From positions 1 to 59,260 of the forward strand of contig CALXWV010000003.1 in NCBI GenBank assembly GCA_944392515.1: a stretch of 59,260 nt of DNA, in the 5' to 3' direction. The stretch comes from an uncultured Clostridia bacterium (GTDB taxonomy: Bacteria > Bacillota > Clostridia > TANB77 > CAG-508). Position numbers and translations under genes: made by a program. The notes under the pieces are model-generated. The model saw only the letters and a program-made list of their open reading frames with translations, did no database searches and was not told where the DNA came from. Below, one piece after another: positions 56,079 through 59,260 of the stretch; positions within the stretch are counted from its first letter, which is position 1; every line of letters starts with the position of its first letter.

Positions 56079-57563
56079 ATGGAACAAAAAAATAATCCTG
56101 CAAAGATGATAATTGTTACTGCTGTAATAATTATTATTTTTGTATCTATAGTTATTGGAATAATAGTTGCTGTTAGTTCAAATAATAATGAACAAAATGA
56201 AATATTACAAAATTTATCTCAAAATGAAATTGAAGAAGAGGAAGAAGAAGAAAATACTATTTTAGATGAAGAAAATATAACAATAATAGATGATGAAACA
56301 GTAGATTTTAGTAGAAGATATGGAAGAATTGATATTATTTGGATTGACCAAAATAATAATGAGATAGATAATCCTCTTAGGCCAAATGCAAATGGACTTA
56401 CTCCTGTGAAGTTTGATGCTAATAAAGCAAAATTTGTAGAAACAACAGAAGATGATAGCAATTGGTATAATTATGATCTACAATCCTGGGCAAACGCAAT
56501 AAATTATGATGGTAGTTATTTTGTATGGATACCAAGATATGCTTATAGAATTACATATTATTCTAATAGTCAATATACTAAAGTAATTGGATATTGTGAT
56601 GGTAGAGGTATTATGAAATTGAATGATGATAATACCTTAACTAGAATAAGCAAAAATAATACTGGAATTAGAGAAACTTCTAATCATTATATTGTAGCTC
56701 CTGCATTTTCAAAAGATACTGCTAGTGGTTATAGAAATGGTGGATGGGATAGTGATTTATCTGGAATATGGGTTGCAAAATATGAAATGAGTATGGAAAC
56801 AGAAGGAAATCATACAGAAACTTTAAATGGAGTTATAGGTAATGTACAAACTAGTGATCTTATTAAAGCAGTTAGTAAGCCAGGAGTAAGTAGTTGGAGA
56901 AATATTAATATAAATAATTGCTATTTAAATTCATACAATTATGATAGAAGTAAAGATAGCCATTTAATAAAAAATAGTGAATGGGGAGCAGTAGCATACT
57001 TAGCATATAGCAAATATGGGAGAAATGGTAGAAAAATCGATATAAATGGCAGTTCAGAATATATAACAGGAGGAAGTACTTCTGAAGAAAGTATATATAT
57101 ATCTAATTGTAATCAGAGTACAACAGGAAATGCTACTGGAATTTATGATTTAGCAGGTGGAGCTTGGGAATTTGTTTCTGCCTATATAGATAATGGATAT
57201 TATGGCTTAAAAGATAATGGAGGAAGTAAAGATACTGATTTATATGGAAGTAGAAATTCAAAATATAAATTAGTATATCCTAGTGTATCTAATGATGATG
57301 GAGATGATTATTTAGAAGAATATGCATTAAATAATTTTCAACTTACATATAGATATAGAGGTGATGCTATTTTTGAAACCTCTAATTCAGGCTTTGGAAA
57401 TGATTCATTTGATAATAACACAGCTTACTATATTCAAGGAGATATTCCTTACCTAATAAGAGGAGGAGATTACAATAGTGGTATGGGAGCTGGAGTATTT
57501 AGCTATAACGGATATAGTGGAGCAGGAAATAGTACTGAAAGCTTTAGAGTTGTTCTAATATAG
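56079..57563 (+). CDS. TM-anchored divergent FGE-sulfatase / C-type-lectin-fold protein, paralogue of 40216-41499
   Basis: Same motif order as the 40-kb gene: YFVWIPRYAY, IWVAKYEMS, NSEWGAVAYLAY, IYDLAGGAWEFVSA, RGGDY, SFRVVLI. It has a plain N-terminal TM helix and an acidic spacer. Confidence 0.5.
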   Translation: MEQKNNPAKMIIVTAVIIIIFVSIVIGIIVAVSSNNNEQNEILQNLSQNEIEEEEEEENTILDEENITIIDDETVDFSRRYGRIDIIWIDQNNNEIDNPLRPNANGLTPVKFDANKAKFVETTEDDSNWYNYDLQSWANAINYDGSYFVWIPRYAYRITYYSNSQYTKVIGYCDGRGIMKLNDDNTLTRISKNNTGIRETSNHYIVAPAFSKDTASGYRNGGWDSDLSGIWVAKYEMSMETEGNHTETLNGVIGNVQTSDLIKAVSKPGVSSWRNININNCYLNSYNYDRSKDSHLIKNSEWGAVAYLAYSKYGRNGRKIDINGSSEYITGGSTSEESIYISNCNQSTTGNATGIYDLAGGAWEFVSAYIDNGYYGLKDNGGSKDTDLYGSRNSKYKLVYPSVSNDDGDDYLEEYALNNFQLTYRYRGDAIFETSNSGFGNDSFDNNTAYYIQGDIPYLIRGGDYNSGMGAGVFSYNGYSGAGNSTESFRVVLI

Positions 57564-57655
57564 TGAAATATTTTAAAATGAATTAAACTAAAAAATTACT
57601 TAAAATAGTTTGTAAATAAATATTATTTAAAATCAATAAAAATAGAATAATAAAA

Positions 57656-57690
57656 AACTTTATATTAAACAAATAAGTTAATATAAAGTT
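57656..57690. terminator. bidirectional intrinsic terminator
   Basis: 13-bp stem AACTTTATATTAA (57656-57668) / TTAATATAAAGTT (57678-57690), flanked by an A-run and a T-run, between convergent genes. Confidence 0.7.
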
Positions 57691-57711
57691 TTTTATTTTA
57701 TATTTTTAATC

Positions 57712-59260
57712 TTAATAATAAATCATATAATCAATTTCAGGAAAAATACAGTCTTTTGTTTCGATATCTTTTAAGAATTTTTCATCTACGTCTTCATTAT
57801 TAATTAAAGCATTATACATTTTATTGAATCTACCTATATGATCTTTTATTCTTTTCTTAGCATAGTCAACCATGGTACCATTAGTTATAATAAATAACCA
57901 GTCACTACTTTGTGCTAAAACTAGTTCTCTTGCACATTGATTAAGAATTCTTCTTTTTCTAGATTTTTTTGGTTCATTAGGGAACATTTTTGCTAATTTG
58001 CACATTCTATCTCCTGCTGTATGCAAATGTTTGTGAACATAATCATTTGATGGATTTAGCCATACTTCAGAATAGCCTTTTGCACCCCAACTAGAACGAC
58101 AAGGTGTGCATTCTTGAATTTCAGGATATTTATCAATATATTCACTTGGTGTAATTAATTTAAAATTACAATCATCGTAATATATTTTTTTGGCTAGAGT
58201 ATATAAAAAGTCAGGACCTTCATACCACCAATGACCATAAAGTTCAGCATCATATGGACAAACTATAATAGGAGGTTTATCCATAGTTTTAGATAAATAA
58301 TCTATTTGAGCATTTCTACAATCGAAGAAATGACCAGCGTTATTGTTTACTGAATCCCCAGCCCACTGCAAATCATAAATATCTTTATTTTCTGTTTTAC
58401 CAGTTATTCTATGATAGCGTATACCAGTAGATACTCTAACTCCATTAGAGGCAATATATGGCTTAATATAATCATAAGGTGCATCATATCCAATATCTCT
58501 GTAAAATTCTCTATAATTAAAATCTCCAGGATATCCATTAATAGAAGACCAAACTTGTCTCGAAGACTCTAAATCACGACCAAAAGCAACAACACCATCT
58601 GGTGAAACTATTGGAGCATAAGTACCATAAATAGGAGTAGGGTCAGCATAAAGTATACCATGAGTTTCTGTTAAAACATACTGAACGCCAAATTCTCTTA
58701 AATATTTATCTGCTTCAGGAACATATCCACATTCAGGAAGCCAAAAACCTTTAATTGGTTTATCAAAATATTTATTATATGTTTGAACTCCAAGTGCAAT
58801 TTGAGCTCTGACTGTTTTTTCATTTAGATATAATATAGGAAAATAACCATGTGTTGCACCACAACCAATTATTTCAAGAACTCCTAAATCTTGAAATTTT
58901 TTAAAAGCACTAATTAAATTGCAGTTATAAACATCCTTAAATACATGTAAATCATTTGAGTATCTATCAAAATAATAATGAGATAACTTATTAATTCTAG
59001 GATTATCCTTTGTCCTTATAATTTCTTTTTCAGATAATTCGATATGCTTTTTTAAATATTTAATATATCTTTCTTGAAGCATTTTATTATCTAACATATT
59101 AAGAAGTGGTGGAGTAAGAGACATAGTAAATCTAAAATCTACATGTTCATCTACTAATTTTTGAAATTTTAAAATAAGTGGAATATATGTTTCTGATATT
59201 GCTTCATATAACCATTGTTCTTCTAAGTAATCTTCACTTTCAGGATGATGCACAAAAGGT
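57712..59260 (-). CDS. GH57-family 1,4-alpha-glucan branching enzyme (N-terminus outside window)
   Basis: PF(V)HHPESEDYLEEQWLYEAISETYIPLI at the window edge, then GATHGYFPIL, WLPECGY, PYDAELYGHWWYEGP and a DUF1957-like C-terminus. The frame stays open to base 59260. Confidence 0.8.
   Translation of the reverse strand, partial: PFVHHPESEDYLEEQWLYEAISETYIPLILKFQKLVDEHVDFRFTMSLTPPLLNMLDNKMLQERYIKYLKKHIELSEKEIIRTKDNPRINKLSHYYFDRYSNDLHVFKDVYNCNLISAFKKFQDLGVLEIIGCGATHGYFPILYLNEKTVRAQIALGVQTYNKYFDKPIKGFWLPECGYVPEADKYLREFGVQYVLTETHGILYADPTPIYGTYAPIVSPDGVVAFGRDLESSRQVWSSINGYPGDFNYREFYRDIGYDAPYDYIKPYIASNGVRVSTGIRYHRITGKTENKDIYDLQWAGDSVNNNAGHFFDCRNAQIDYLSKTMDKPPIIVCPYDAELYGHWWYEGPDFLYTLAKKIYYDDCNFKLITPSEYIDKYPEIQECTPCRSSWGAKGYSEVWLNPSNDYVHKHLHTAGDRMCKLAKMFPNEPKKSRKRRILNQCARELVLAQSSDWLFIITNGTMVDYAKKRIKDHIGRFNKMYNALINNEDVDEKFLKDIETKDCIFPEIDYMIYY

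Overview
Chromosomal segment from a very AT-rich, endospore-forming Firmicute, Clostridia-like. Hand-counted host blocks are about 27-30% GC. Most of the window is conserved housekeeping and sporulation synteny: yqfC-yqfD-ybeY-dgkA-era-yqzL-recO, recJ-relA-MBL-hisS, murT-gatD, eno, ssrA (tmRNA), mnmA, cdaA, truA, mutS2, mtaB, an alaS-like gene, HIT, sortase, tRNA-His/Gln, mutL-miaA, sepF-divIVA, rsmD and a GH57 glucan-branching enzyme. Several accessory or unexplained items sit between these genes. (1) The right end of a serine-recombinase element abuts a 5'-truncated PdaA-type deacetylase gene. (2) A 29-nt palindromic unit occurs three times and distorts two ORF ends. (3) A small hydrophobic-peptide gene with a convergent sRNA, type I toxin-antitoxin-like, is present as one intact copy (47.4-47.7 kb) and one internally deleted copy (14.7-14.9 kb). 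Both copies are bounded by co-varying inverted promoter/leader modules. (4) Two tandem Cys/Gly-rich mini-ORFs are missed by the ORF track. (5) Three short islets have clearly higher GC, one of which encodes a papain-fold (C39-like) peptidase candidate. (6) Two paralogous membrane-anchored FGE-sulfatase/C-type-lectin-fold proteins are present. One has a pilin-like N-terminus and a GC-elevated, NNC-codon-rich 3' end that looks like the variable region of a diversity-generating retroelement target. No reverse transcriptase or template repeat is in the window. (7) The window also holds an orphan structured sRNA candidate, a 32-bp-periodic triple direct repeat in a divergent promoter, an atypical kinase-like protein and a short AlaRS. 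No CRISPR array, rRNA or transposase was seen. All homology statements come from reading motifs by eye and none was checked against a database.
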